Assembly: GCA_964016885.1 (NCBI GenBank)
Contig: OZ024741.1
Location: 75,640,001-75,704,000, forward strand
Direction: 5' to 3'
Length of the DNA: 64,000 bases
From: Eledone cirrhosa
Taxonomy: Eukaryota
The position numbers were made by a program, and so were the translations under genes. Of the stretch, positions 48,784 to 62,100 are shown piece by piece. The notes beneath the pieces are model-generated. The model searched no databases. It was not told the DNA's origin and was given only the letters and a program-made list of their open reading frames with translations. How positions within the stretch are numbered: the stretch's first letter is position 1; each line of letters opens with the position of its first letter.

Positions 48784-48784
<1 letters not shown>
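48441..48784 (+). mobile_element. tRNA-SINE head joined to RTE 3'UTR segments and a (GAT)n tail
   Basis: Box A tggcttagtgg and box B gagttcaattc. 48610-48727 matches the family 2 UTR; 48728-48784 matches the family 3 end. Confidence 0.75.
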
Positions 48785-48812
<28 letters not shown>

Positions 48813-48814
<2 letters not shown>

Positions 48815-48982
48815 GAAGTAGTTCCACAACAGTTAGTTCACTATACCGAGCTGATGATCTGCAAGGTGAAACATTTGTTCATGGTATGGTGAACTAACTG
48901 TTGTGGAACTATTTCTACCAAACTCGGCCCATGGACTGAGTGCTCTACTACTACGGATATAACCCTCCAGTGTTCTACTATT
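48813..48982 (+). mobile_element. Hairpin+tail PLE insert (family J) with the HHR in the loop
   Basis: 35-bp arms. ccgag-CTGATGA(48851-57)-tctgcaaggt-GAAA-catttg-TT-catgg. GAGTGCTC at 48938-45. Confidence 0.75.
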
Positions 48983-48992
48983 ATATATATAC

Positions 48993-49023
<31 letters not shown>

Positions 49024-49643
49024 TGAAGTTGGAAATATATTTTAAGGTCTGTTTTTCTTTTTTTTCCTTTCTTTGATTCGTCAAAGTGACATTGTTGAAA
49101 AAATGAGAGGGACAATTCTTTTTAAAAAAAGTTTTATCATGTATATAAAGTATATAAAGAATTACTGGTTTCAATGTATTATTAGAATTCATTCAAATCC
49201 CGCCGAGGTTAACTTTGCCTTTCATCCTTACGGGGTCGATAAAATAAAGTACCAGTAATGTACTGGGTAATTGCTGGCCTTGTGCCAAATGTAGAAACAA
49301 TTATTAGAATTCATCTTATCAAATGTTGAGTATTAAATTAAAAAGAATTAATAGGAATTAAAAACTAAAAATTAAAGATTTAAAATTAAGTGTTGAAGTA
49401 AGTTTTTTTCCCATCTTCCTTGTTCAAAAGTGGACTGGAGAATGAGTTCTTGTGTATATATATAGAGAGAGAGGTGTGTAGTCATGATAGTAGTAGTAGT
49501 GTTGGTAGTTGTGTTTCTTCAACAAAATTGTTTTTTGGGGTAAAGGAAACATCCTGTAAATAGGTGTGAGTATATCTGATTGTCTTAATTGACTGGTCAA
49601 GAGTTCAAATGGGGATGAGGAATTGTAAGCTAGAGACAAATTC

Positions 49644-50229
49644 TATGGCAGTAGTAGGGTTGTAAAAGAAATTCCATTATTGGAATATGGTTTTAGGGAG
49701 TTTATATAGTGTGAGGGTGTATATATAACAATACACACATGTGGGGGGGGGGGGGGTCAGCCTGTCTGTCACAAGTCCTTTTTAGGTTTTAGAAATCTTT
49801 TGAATTTTGAAAAATTTTTTTAATCTCCTACCACAAAGGGAGCTGTGACAGACAGGCTTAAACCCCCCCCCCACACACACACACACACATGTGTGTATTG
49901 TTATATATATATACACACACACACACACCACACCTCACACACACATGTGTGTATTGTTATATATATACACACACACACTACAAAATAAGAGAGAAAAAAA
50001 TTACTCATTCCAGAAGTTCCTGTTTGAGAGCCACTACTGATACTTTGCTCTGGTCTTTTTTAATTTTAGGATTTTTTTAATTTCCCACCACAAAGGGATC
50101 TGTGACAGACAGGTTGAAAACACACACACACGTGTGTGTATTGTTATATATACACCCTCACACTATATACACTCCCTGAAACCATATTCCAATAATAGAA
50201 TTTCTTTTACAACCCTACTGTTGCCATAG
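49644..50229. repeat. Fold-back: ~135-bp inverted arms with an internal partial third copy
   Basis: 49644-49780 is the reverse complement of 50092-50229. 49815-49915 duplicates 50073-50155. Confidence 0.8.
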
Positions 50230-50683
50230 CACTGCTACAGCACTGCCTTGAAGAGTTTTTTAATCAACCATATTACTCCAATATTTATTTTTTAAGTTTG
50301 GTACTTATTTTATTGATCCTTATTTTTCTATTTGTTGAATTGCCAATGGAGCGAACACCTTAATTCTATTTCTTGTTCAGACCGAGCCAATCTACACCTC
50401 CATATGCAAATGAGGCTAATCAGCCCATGTACATAGGCCTCAAATCTGTTTTCACCTATATTGAATTCCAACAGAAAGCAAGGTAAGGGGGGCACTGCCT
50501 TGATAATGACCATCAGTCAGAAACGATCGTTGGAATTTCCTCCCTTTGCTAGATGGTGCTACACCATCAGCTTCCAAGATTCATAGTCAAAGGCTTTCAA
50601 ATGTTTATTCATAAACATACCATAAATCATTAGATATACAAAATACACATGCATATCATCATCATCATCGTTTAACGTCCATC

Positions 50684-50716
<33 letters not shown>

Positions 50717-50726
50717 ATGCATATAT

Positions 50727-50961
50727 ATTAGTGAAAAAACAGGAGATTATGTCCAAAGTTGGTAGAGCTCTCAGTCAACAGGAAGAGTGTTCGGTATATA
50801 GTTAGTTCCACAACAAATTAACAAACCATACTTGAGGATACATATTTTACCCAAAGGATATTTTAACTCATATATGGTTATAGCAAAAACTATACATGAT
50901 CCTTTGGGTGAAATACATATAATTAAGTATGGTTTGTTAACTTGTTGTGGAACTAACTTTC
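50727..50961 (-). mobile_element. Hairpin+tail insert, diverged relative of family J
   Basis: Arms at 50800-50860 / 50899-50961. Tail gactGAGAGCTCtacca.. aligns with the J tail. Confidence 0.7.
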
Positions 50962-51004
50962 TCTTTCACTATATCATCATCATCATCATCATCATTTATA
51001 TATA

Positions 51005-51045
<41 letters not shown>

Positions 51046-51052
<7 letters not shown>

Positions 51053-51140
51053 TTGCTCTACGGTTCTTATATATTTGATATATATTTATCCTTATCAAGC
51101 CCTCTTTGAATTTTAGTCTTCAAATTTATTATTATTACTA
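51046..51140 (+). mobile_element. Tail-only copy of family E
   Basis: Matches 59013-59108. Confidence 0.75.
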
Positions 51141-51464
51141 TATATATCATCATATATGTATATATATAAAACCCAGCCACGAAAAAATAAGACTATAATC
51201 TTTTGCTTATTTCAATGTTATTTTTTGTTTTTTTGTTTTTCTTCTTCTTCTTCTTCTTCTTCTTCTTCTTCTTCTTCTTCTTCTTCTTCTTCATGGCTGT
51301 ATCAGCACCATCTCCCCCTCCCTCATGTACAATCTCGATTTGTTCTAAACAAGCAAGATACACATGGTGGTCATCTCTCTCTTATTTTATACTGCTTTGG
51401 TTAGATTTAAATAAATTCACAGTTCCGTGTCATTTAACCCTTTTCATAGAAAATCACTAAAAAA

Positions 51465-51533
51465 TGCCCCTGATTCTATGATACAAAGCTGATACTTTTA
51501 AAGTATCAGCTTTTTATCATAGAACCAGGGGCA
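51465..51533. repeat. 69-bp near-perfect palindrome
   Basis: 34-bp arms, 2 mismatches, 1-nt spacer. Lies next to a TTAA-bounded MITE (51543-51767). Confidence 0.85.
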
Positions 51534-52136
51534 ATACCTATTTTAACCCTTTAGTTACCAACCCAGCCAAAACCGGTTCTGGTTCTATGAAATAAAACTA
51601 CCCATTTTAAAGGTTTCCAATTTAAATAAAAATCTTCCAACATAATTTTATATAAGGACCTTACATTAATTTACTATCTTGATGAATTTAGTAAATCCTT
51701 TAAAATTCTTCATTAATTAATTAAAATAGAGTGTATTTCATTAGAAATGCAGTCATGAAAGAGTTAAAACCTTCCAGCATAATTTTAATGAATACTAACT
51801 TTTTTGAGAATGCAATCAGTTCAGTACCCTAACATCATCTTAATACTCCTTGGAGGAATAGAAAGGAAAATTGATCAGAGCAGGGTTTGTATTCAAAACA
51901 CAGCTTTCATATAATTTCTGTCATTGTTCACTTGAAGTACCAAAAATAAGGAGTTAGTTTTTACTTGATAAAAAGCTATTAACAGAATATATTGACAGAA
52001 CATTTGTTAACTTTTTACATCTTTTTAAATATTTATATTTAATTGTATAAAGAGAATTTCATAGCTGTAATAACACAAAAATTTCACTTGAGATAGAGAG
52101 CAAAATACAAAATCGACCAGAAGACAATTATAAATT

Positions 52137-53097
52137 ACATGTAGCAGCAAACAGCGACAGGAAACAAGCACCACCAAACTCTGGGAGGGCTCTGTAGAAA
52201 CAGTAGACAGCTTCTGCTACCTAGGTGACCGAATTAGCAGTGGAGGTGGGTGTTCGGAGAGTACAATAACTAGGGTAAGAATGGGATGGAAGCAGTTCAG
52301 GGAGCTACTGCCACTGCTAGCTGCAAAATGCTTTTCCCTCAAAATGAAAGGCAGACTGTATGATGCATGTATACGAACAGCAATGTTACATGGTAGTGAA
52401 ACCTGGGCGTTGTGTGCAGAAGACTTGTGTAGATTAGAAAAAAATGAAGCCTGTATGCACCGTTGGATGTGTAATAGTAATATACACGAACGGTGGAGCA
52501 TCAACGAATTGAGAGAGAGACTAAGTATAAAAGGAATCGAGTGCTGTGTGCAGGAGAGGAAGTTGCGTTGGTATGGACATATGATGTGTATGAAGGATAA
52601 CAGCTGCATAGAAGGGTGCAGATCACTGTGGGTCGATGGGGGCCGCGGAGTGGGGAGACCCAAGAGGACCTGGGATGAGGTGATAAAGGCCGACCATACC
52701 CAATTGCACCTCTCAAGGGTAATGACACATGACTGTGACCTCTGGCGTCACGCAGTAATACAGAAAACCCGACCCCTCACGGGTACAAGCTGAAGCTGAA
52801 GCATATAGACAATATGCCCCCACCCTCCACTGCAAAGTGGTCGTGGAGGTGCCACGGCAAAAAAGCACCCAGCACTCACTGTAAAGTGGACGTGTAGGCG
52901 CCACAGAAAAAAAGCACCCAGCACTCACTGTAAATGAGGTTGGTGTTAGGAATGGCACCCAGCTGTAGAAATCAAGCCAGAATCAGTTCCCATATGAGCA
53001 AGACATGGTCAGTCGACCAGGCATTGCCCACAACAGGACAACCCGTCTAACCCATGCTAGCGTGGAAGAATGGACGTAAAACGGTGATGATGATGAT
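52137..53097 (+). mobile_element. RTE family 2 3' fragment
   Basis: ORF 52281-52793, 3'UTR and (GAT)n tail. Confidence 0.92.
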
Positions 53098-53239
53098 CAT
53101 TTTGCCTGAAATATAAATATTTGTTTCCATTTCACATACATCATAATGATATTTTCAAAAGACATGGATATGTTTGAATTTAACTTAACTGTCGAATCAT
53201 TGAACTGTGAAACCATTTGATTTGAAAAGTGGTGTAAAG

Positions 53240-54535
53240 TTAAAGGAAAGTGACCCCTAAGGAAGAGGTCCTTATCCTCAATTCACCAATCCTCCCATGT
53301 GCCATTTACTCTACCCTCAGGTTAAGATTACACCAGCTAGAATCCATGATGAGTAGACTGAGTGTGATTGACGCCCACCTGGCACTCATTCTGTTGAGGA
53401 ACTGCTTCACTATACTGAAGCTCTTGTACAACTTCTGCAGTGCCCCTTGCTATAGTCAAGCATCTCTCCTCACAGATCTCAACATCTGCATCTCAAGAGC
53501 TGCTGAGGAGATATGCAACATTCGGTTTGATGACACCAAATGGCAGCAGGCTACCTTACCCATAAAATATGGCTTCCTCAATCTCTGGTCTCCTATCTCA
53601 CTGACCCTGCCTGCTTTCCTTTTGTCAGTGACCTTTTACCATGTCCTCATCAACAGGGTTCTCCACAACACAACTGAATTTTCTGTGATTGAGGAGCATG
53701 AGGTGGTCTATGTGACATGGAACCAGCTCGGCCTCCACCCAGAGAATGTTCATCTCCCTTTCTCCTCCAGTCATGTCCATTCCCCTCAAAATGGGATGGC
53801 ATCCTTATTAACATGATTTCAGACAGGAGAGTGCTCTAACTCGGCCAGCACCATCTGGCATGTTACCACTTGGCACCCAACCTGACAGTGGTGCCTGGTT
53901 CAACACAGTTCCATCACTTACAACTGGCACTCAGCTGAACAGCGACTTCTTGCACATCGGTGTTTCCCTAAGGTTCAGCCTCTACATCTGTGAGTCTCAC
54001 AAATGCTGCTGCTGTACCACTGTGGATCCTTTTGGTCTCCACCCACTGTCTTGCTGTTTCAGTGCTAGCCACCTCTCACATCATACTGCTCTCAATGAGA
54101 TCTTAAAGCATGGCTTGGGTAGTGCAGGCTTCCCTTCCCAGCTCAAGCCAGTAGGCTGGACTGAGGAAACAGCAAAAAGCCAGATGAAATGATAATCTTC
54201 CCATTCCGTTGGGGTAGGCTCCTCATCTGCGATGCCACTTGCTGTGACACCTGCTCTGGTGCATTCAGCTACCAGCCCACGCTCTGCTGCCTGCCAAGCC
54301 AAAGAGGGTAAACTGTCCAAGTATTAGTTGTTTTCTGATAGGTTTGTGGTAGTTCCTGTAGCAGTGTAGATTTCCGATTCTCTTGGCACCCCCCAGACCA
54401 CATCTCTACTCACTGCTATCAGAGTGGAGTCGGCCGCCTGCAGGTGCGATCTCCACGAGATGGAGTGGCTCTTCCAGTGTATCTCCCTCCAGGGCAATTT
54501 ATTCTTCATCCTGTTGGCTGGGAACCCGAGGCAGA
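53240..54535 (+). pseudogene. CRE-clade-like RLE non-LTR retrotransposon remnant
   Basis: HLALILLRNCF..KLLY, WQQATLPI.YG..L, PAFL.S, SGAW...P, C.C..VD.FGLH.LSC, H..LNE.LK..L..AG.PS.L.P.G, followed by a decayed P..WGR.L..DAT..DT. Confidence 0.75.
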
Positions 54536-55937
54536 GGGTAAGTTAGTTGGAGATGGAGGATACTTGTTCGAACATCACTTTCTCTCTATTTCAATATGTA
54601 GAAATAGCTTGAATCTTTAGTGTTCAATGATATAGATAATTTTATATAAATGTGAGCATTTATTGTACAACCAAAAATATAACCACATCAGAAAAAATGT
54701 TATTTTATGTTATATCTTTTTGTTATCTTTTTGTTAAGTTATGCTGCAAACACCAGATGAATTATAAGAAAGTTATATTATTAAATCTCTCTAAGTATTA
54801 TATTTTCAAAATTATTTGAAAAACAGTTACACAAGGCTTAAAATAAGTCTACTAAAAGAAACTAGTCTCTATAGATCAATATAAGTAATGATATCTAATT
54901 ACTTGTTCTCTACATGGTGTGCAGAGAAGGCATGCGGCTTAGTGGTTAAGAAAGATAATGTGAGTTCAATTCCTGACAGCATATTGAATCTTTCAGCAAG
55001 ACACTTTATTTCAAGTTGCTCCTGTCCACACAACTAGAAAAACAATGTTGTACTTGTAGTTCAAAGAGCCAGCCTTGTCACATATGTCATACTAAATTTC
55101 CCTGAGAAGGGTACACATTGATTTCACAAGCCAGCTGTTCCATTGATCAAACAACTGGAAAAATCATTGTTATGGATGATGCATAATAGAATGTTTTAAT
55201 AAAAGCCTTTATCAACAGTAAATTACACAGCTCATTCCTTGTACCCCTTTTCTCTGCAGACCGGTGACACCCTTCTCCTGGATGGCTGCTGCATTCTTCT
55301 TGCTCGCGTTGTGATCTCCTATCACTGCGTTAGACTTACCCCCCCCCCCCCCCCCCCCCCCCCGACAGTTCACTTAATATGAAGCAGAACGGCTACGACT
55401 AGCAGACGATGACACCAAGATAGCAATCAGCAACTATCACAATCATCGTCAGAACCGATGAATGTTTAAGAATACATATGTGTATGGGTTTCTGTATGTG
55501 TCTATGAATGTGTACAAATCAGCACCTATGTTCATGCATTTATGTGTATATTTCTGTCCATGTGTGTGTTTACAAATGTGTATTTTTGTCTATTAATGGG
55601 AATGATACATGGACTTGAATATATTGATTAAATTCAATCACTCCAAATTATTGGTTTTATTTGGTTCATGATATATACGAGAAACAAATAATAGACCTAA
55701 TTTCAATAAAAGTGTTCCCCTCCAGTGTCTTTATTTCTGACCATCGGAAATAATCTGCTCTGAACTTTCATATAGATTAGTGGCAGTTCTAAAGATATGA
55801 GACTTCAGCATTCTTTGATTTCTTTTTCCATCTCTTTGTTTCTTTGTCTTTGAAGTTCCTTATCAACTATTCTTTTAACAACATCTCATATGAATGACTG
55901 TGTCTCTGTATAAAATTTATATATATATATAGAGAGA

Positions 55938-56752
55938 GAGGACTGAGAGTGAACATAGCTAAGACAAAAGTGTTGATAAGTAGAAGAGAGGACAATACTC
56001 TGATTCCATCAGGGAAATGGCCATGTTCAATATGTAGGAAAGGAACTGGTATAAATTCCATAAAATGTATGCAATGCAGATCTTGGGTACACAAGAGATG
56101 TAGTGGGATAGCAGGCAAACTACCAGCTAGGGAAAACTACATACGCAGTAGATGTACAGGGAAAGCTGACTGTAGTAATCGCAATGATAGACACATTTTT
56201 CAAATGCAGGTGGGTTCTATAGAAGTGGTTTATAGCTTCCGATACTTAGGTGATCACATTAGCATGGGAGGGGGGTGTTCCGAGGCCATGGTATCTAGAA
56301 TAAGGATGAGTTGGAAGAAGTTTAGGGAGCTGCTTCCTCTGTTGACAAAGAAGGGTTTCTCCCTGTGTACAAAAAGCCAGTTATATGATGCCTGTGTGAG
56401 ATGCGTGATGCTGCATGGTAGTGAGACTTGGGCAGCAACTACAGAGGATATGTGATGGCTGGAGAGAAATGAAGCAAGCATGCTCCGTTGGATGTGCAAT
56501 GTCAATGTGCGTGAACGACCAAGCATAGATGAGTTGAGAGAGAAACTGGGTATAAGAGGGATAAGTTATAGTGTGCAGGAGAGAAGACTGAGATGGTATG
56601 GACAGGTGATGTACATGGAGGATGACCTCTGGGTAAAGAAGTGCCAAGAAATCCCAGTAGAAGGAAGACGCAGTAGAGGTAGACCACGAAAAACATGGGC
56701 GGTGGTGGTGAGAGCAGACCTCAGATCACTGAAGCTCACGGAGGAGATGGCG
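55938..56752 (+). pseudogene. RTE family 3 fragment
   Basis: ORFs 55949-56455 and 56480-56770. Confidence 0.9.
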
Positions 56753-57109
56753 AAGTCAATTTTAGTTTGATAATTTATATAGCTTCGTTAAATTAACAAT
56801 ATTCTGAAAACATTCTCAATGTTGAAAATTTTTGAATCCACAAATTATTCTAATCTCACAACTTGAAAATATAATTTTCAACATCCTTCATAACTCATAT
56901 TTGTTTTATATAAACAATCAATGCATACGCAACTTCAAAGATATAACCTATCCTAATGTAATAAGATAAAAATACTTACAACCATAATTCTTCATATAAT
57001 TGTATAACTCATAATATAGGTAACAAAATCTTTTCCCCAAAATTAATGTTATTCTTTTCTCTTTCTCTTCCTTATCATAAATATTTAAATTTTCCATAGC
57101 GTCTAAAAT

Positions 57110-57299
57110 AACGTTCCCTTCACTTTCCAGGGATAACTTAAACTGTTAAGGTATATTATCCTGGTCATGTCAAATATTTATAAAACATTTTGTATTTTAT
57201 CTGATGATAGTGTACCAAAATGTTTGGTACCCTTAAAATATATATAATAGAATAAATATGGTTTTATAAATAAAGTTTCCATTTATTTAATATCATTGT
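57110..57299 (+). mobile_element. Family A pLTR arm without tail; HHR with G12A change
   Basis: tattttat-CTGATGA(57201-07)-tagtgtaccaaa/tttggtaccctt-AAAA-tatata-TA-atagaata. Confidence 0.75.
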
Positions 57300-57344
57300 G
57301 TATATATATATATATATATGTATATGTATATGTATATATATATA

Positions 57345-57525
57345 TAACGAAGGAAATGTGGTAAGGAACCAGGTGGACCATAACGCACCAATACTTAGGG
57401 TAGTAGAGTGGGTAATAGGAACAAGTAAGACCCCGACGGCTGAGCTCAAGCCGTTTCGACGGCTATTTCTGGACTGAATTAGCCGTCGAAACGGCTTGAG
57501 CTCAGCCGTCGGGGTCTTACTTGTT

Positions 57526-57529
<4 letters not shown>
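57345..57529 (-). mobile_element. Hairpin+tail PLE insert (family D)
   Basis: Perfect ~50-bp arms at 57415-57467 / 57480-57529. Tail is the reverse complement of the family D tail with the motif segment deleted. Confidence 0.8.
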
Positions 57530-57559
<30 letters not shown>

Positions 57560-57561
<2 letters not shown>

Positions 57562-57830
57562 AAAGTTCTATTTAAAATTGTTGGGATACAACAAGTAAAT
57601 ATTTTTATAACTGATATAAAGCACTCGACAAGTATTTGGAGTAGATATACGATATTAATAAATGGAAACTATATTTATAAAACCATATTTATTTCATTAT
57701 ACATATTTCAGGGATACCAAATTAAATTATGGTATGCCTTCATCAGACAAAATACAATATATAACAGTTTTACAAATAAGCTTTGACGTACCCTATTAAA
57801 ATGCAACCATTGTTTTTGGAAGTCATCCGG
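57560..57830 (-). mobile_element. Family A pLTR with complete HHR (57690-57754)
   Basis: tattttgt-CTGATGA-aggcatacca/tggtatccct-GAAA-tatgta-TA-atgaaata. Tail has tcGAGTGCTT. Confidence 0.8.
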
Positions 57831-58351
57831 ATAGTGATTTGTTTATATTACTTTAATAAGTCATAGTGTTAAGGACAATTAGAAAAAGACGGAGAGAAAG
57901 AAAAAGACGGAGAGAAAGAAAAAACGTGGAGAAATATCGGAGAGAGAGAGATGCATGGAGAAAAAAAGAAAGAGATAAGTAAAGACAGGAGGAAAGGAAG
58001 AAAGACGAAAAAAGGAAGAAATAAGAAAAACAGAGGAAAGCAACAGAGAGATATTAATTCAACAGACAGATAAAAAAACTCAAGAGAGAGAAATGTTATA
58101 TAAAGAGAGAGGGAGATTATGAAAGCTTTACGTCTTGTCATGTTAAGTTGAGTTAACAATTCATATGAAATGAATAATAAAAATATAAATATTAATATTC
58201 ATGAATGGGACATACATATATAATATGAGAAATGAAACATTGTTTAATAATGACTATATGTTTAGTTTAAACCTTGAGATCAATATACCAAAATTTGGGT
58301 TTAATCTCCAAAATGTACATTGCTAGAGAATAGTATCTCAGGCAAAGACAC

Positions 58352-59156
<805 letters not shown>

Positions 59157-59159
<3 letters not shown>

Positions 59160-62100
59160 TCATCATCATCATCATCATGGTGGGACGGGGTGTATTTTGT
59201 TAGAGATGCCTACTGGCTGTAGTAGGTTTTACTATGTATTTAGGTAAGGCGGGTCTTCTCTGTTACTGAGTACCGCCAAAGGTCTCGGTCCAGTGACATT
59301 GTCTTGGAGAGGTGTAAGTGTGTGAGGTCGGAGTTTATCAGCTCGTCCCAGGTTTTTCTAGGTCTGCCTATTCCGTGGCTACCGTCTATCTTTATTGCCC
59401 TGCACTTTGTTATACAGCTATCGACTTTCATGCGCATCACGTGTCCATACCAACGTAGCCTTCTCTCGAGTAAACAACATCTGATCCCTCTTATTTCTAA
59501 TTTTTTCCTTAGTTCGTTTATGCTTTGCCGTTCACGTATATTACTATTACACATCCAGCGGAGCATGCAAGCTTCGTTTCTCTCCATTCTGCGTATATCC
59601 TCTGCACACAATGCCCAGGTCTCACTGCCATGCAACATTGCTGTTCGTATGCAGGCATCGTACAACCTGCCTTTCATTTTTAGGGAGAACCCTTTAGCAG
59701 CTAATAGTGGTATAAGCTCTCTGAACTTTTTCCAACCAGTTCTGACTCTAGCTACTGTACTTTCAGAGCACCCTCCCCCACTGCTGATTTTATCGCCCAG
59801 GTAACGGAAGCTGTCCACTATTTCTATAGAACCCTCTGCGCAATTGAAAGAGCTAGTATTTTGTGAGCACTTGCTGCTACTTATTGCACCAGAGCACCGG
59901 CCACATGTAAAATCTATGTTCTTAGTTAGCTTACCTGTGATCCCACTACATCTTTTATGCACCCATACTTTGCATTTAGGACATAAAATGGAGTTTCTAC
60001 CTACGCCTTTCCCACACACCGAGCACGACCATTTCCCAGAAGGGACCGCCGCCTTATTTTCTTTCCTACAAACTAGAACTTTAGTCTTAGCCAGGTTAAT
60101 TTTAAGTCCTTTTGATTCTAGGCCGTGCTTCCATGTTTGGAATTTCTTCTCTAGCTCGGCCATTGATTCCGCTATGAGTGTCAGGTCGTCTGCATATAGG
60201 AGTTCCCATGGGCAGCCGGTCTTGAACTCCTCTGTTATAGCCTGAAGGGAAATAATAAATAGTAGGGGGCTGAGAACAGAGCCCTGATGGACGCCAACTT
60301 TTACGCTAAACTCTTCACTATATTCGTTGTTAATTCTAACCTTGCTGACTGTTTCTTTATACATGGCTTGTATAGCCCTCACAAGCCATTCGTCAACGCC
60401 TAGTTTTCTAAGAGCCCACCAGATAATGGAGCGGGGGACTCTGTCGAAGGCTTTCTCCAAGTCGACAAAAGCTAAGTAGAGGGGTTTACTTTTAGCTAGG
60501 TACTTCTCCTGTAGTTGTCGTACAATGAAAAGAGCGTCTGTGGTACTTTTGCCAGACACAAACCCGAACTGCATTTCATCTAGGTCAATTCTCTCTCTGA
60601 TTAGTTGCGCTATTACTTTTTCCGTGACCTTCATGACCTGGTCGATTAATTTAATGCCTCTATAGTTACTCCTATCTAGGGCGTCTCCTTTACCCTTATA
60701 ACAGTTAACGATGATGCTGCTGCGCCAGTCCTTCGGAACAACCCCATTCTGTACGACTTGGTTAACTATGCGGGTGACCATGGTGTGTCCCACCGTGCCA
60801 GATGCCTTCAGCATCTCAGCAACTATTTCCGAAGGCCCAGCCGCCTTACCCGTCTTCATATCCTTGATTGCCTTACTTATTATACTCCCCTCGACTAACA
60901 CTGCTGGTCCCTCTATTGGGTCGATATGGGGGAGACCGTCTTTCTCCCATTTATTCTCCTCATTTAGTAGCCTTTCATAGTGACACTTCCAAGCTACCTT
61001 CTTATCAGCGTCGGTGATGGCAAGTATGCCATCATCGTTAAGTACACACTTCTCCCCGACAATATCACGGTTTTCCTTGACGCATTGCCTAGCAATCCTG
61101 AACACCTCACGTTTTTGGTCCTCGCGTTGTAGAACATGCTTGAACTTTCTTTCCTCTGCTTCCCTTCTTGCTAAGTACACTTGTCTCCTAGCTTCTCTCC
61201 TGGCCACTTGATAGTCTTCTCTACTTCCCCCATCCCGCCATACTTTCCAAGCCTGCTTTTTGGCCTTAATTGACCCCTCCACCTTACTGTTCCACCACCA
61301 TGTTACTCTCCTCCTGCCTACAGGCCTGCTCCAGCCACAGACTTCGTCTGTCGCCATCAGCAGGTTTGCTTTCAGAAATTCCCACTCTCCCTCTATATTG
61401 TCCGACTCTAAATGTTCTTCCTTACTGTCGAAAGCATCAAGTAATATGCTTTGAAATTTATTTCTGGCTGTGGGGTCCTTTAGCTTCCATATTTTTCTCC
61501 TGAAGATAGTCCTCTTCTGCTGTCGAGTACGTCTCGTCCTGACTATGAGGTCGCTAATTATCAGTCTATGTTGGGAGGTGCATTCTTCATGGGGGAGGGA
61601 TTTAGTGTTTACAACAGACACTCTGTCACGTCTTCTGGTAAGGATATAATCTACCTGGCTTGTGTGTTCCCTGGATCTATAGGTGATCAGGTGATTGTCA
61701 CGTTTTTTGAAGTTAGTGTTACAGATAGTTAGGTTATTTGCATCACAGAATTCCAGGATTCTGGAGCCTTCCTCATTTCTAGTACCAAATCCATAGCCTC
61801 CATGGATTTCGTCGTAGCCGTCACAATGTTGTCCAACGTGACCATTTAGGTCGCCTGCAATAATTATATAGTCACTGTCGGATATTTTGGAGGTAGTTAG
61901 CATCAGTGTCTCATAGAATCTGTCTTTTATAGTGCCGGGCAGTCCGGATTGGGGTGCGTACGCAGATATTACTGTCACTGTAGTTCTATTGAGGACAAGT
62001 CGTATTTTAATTATTCTGTCGTTCACTCTATTTACGTCTATTATCTTATCTGCCCACTTTTCTGCTACCATGATTCCTACTCCACCCAGCCCATCGTCGT

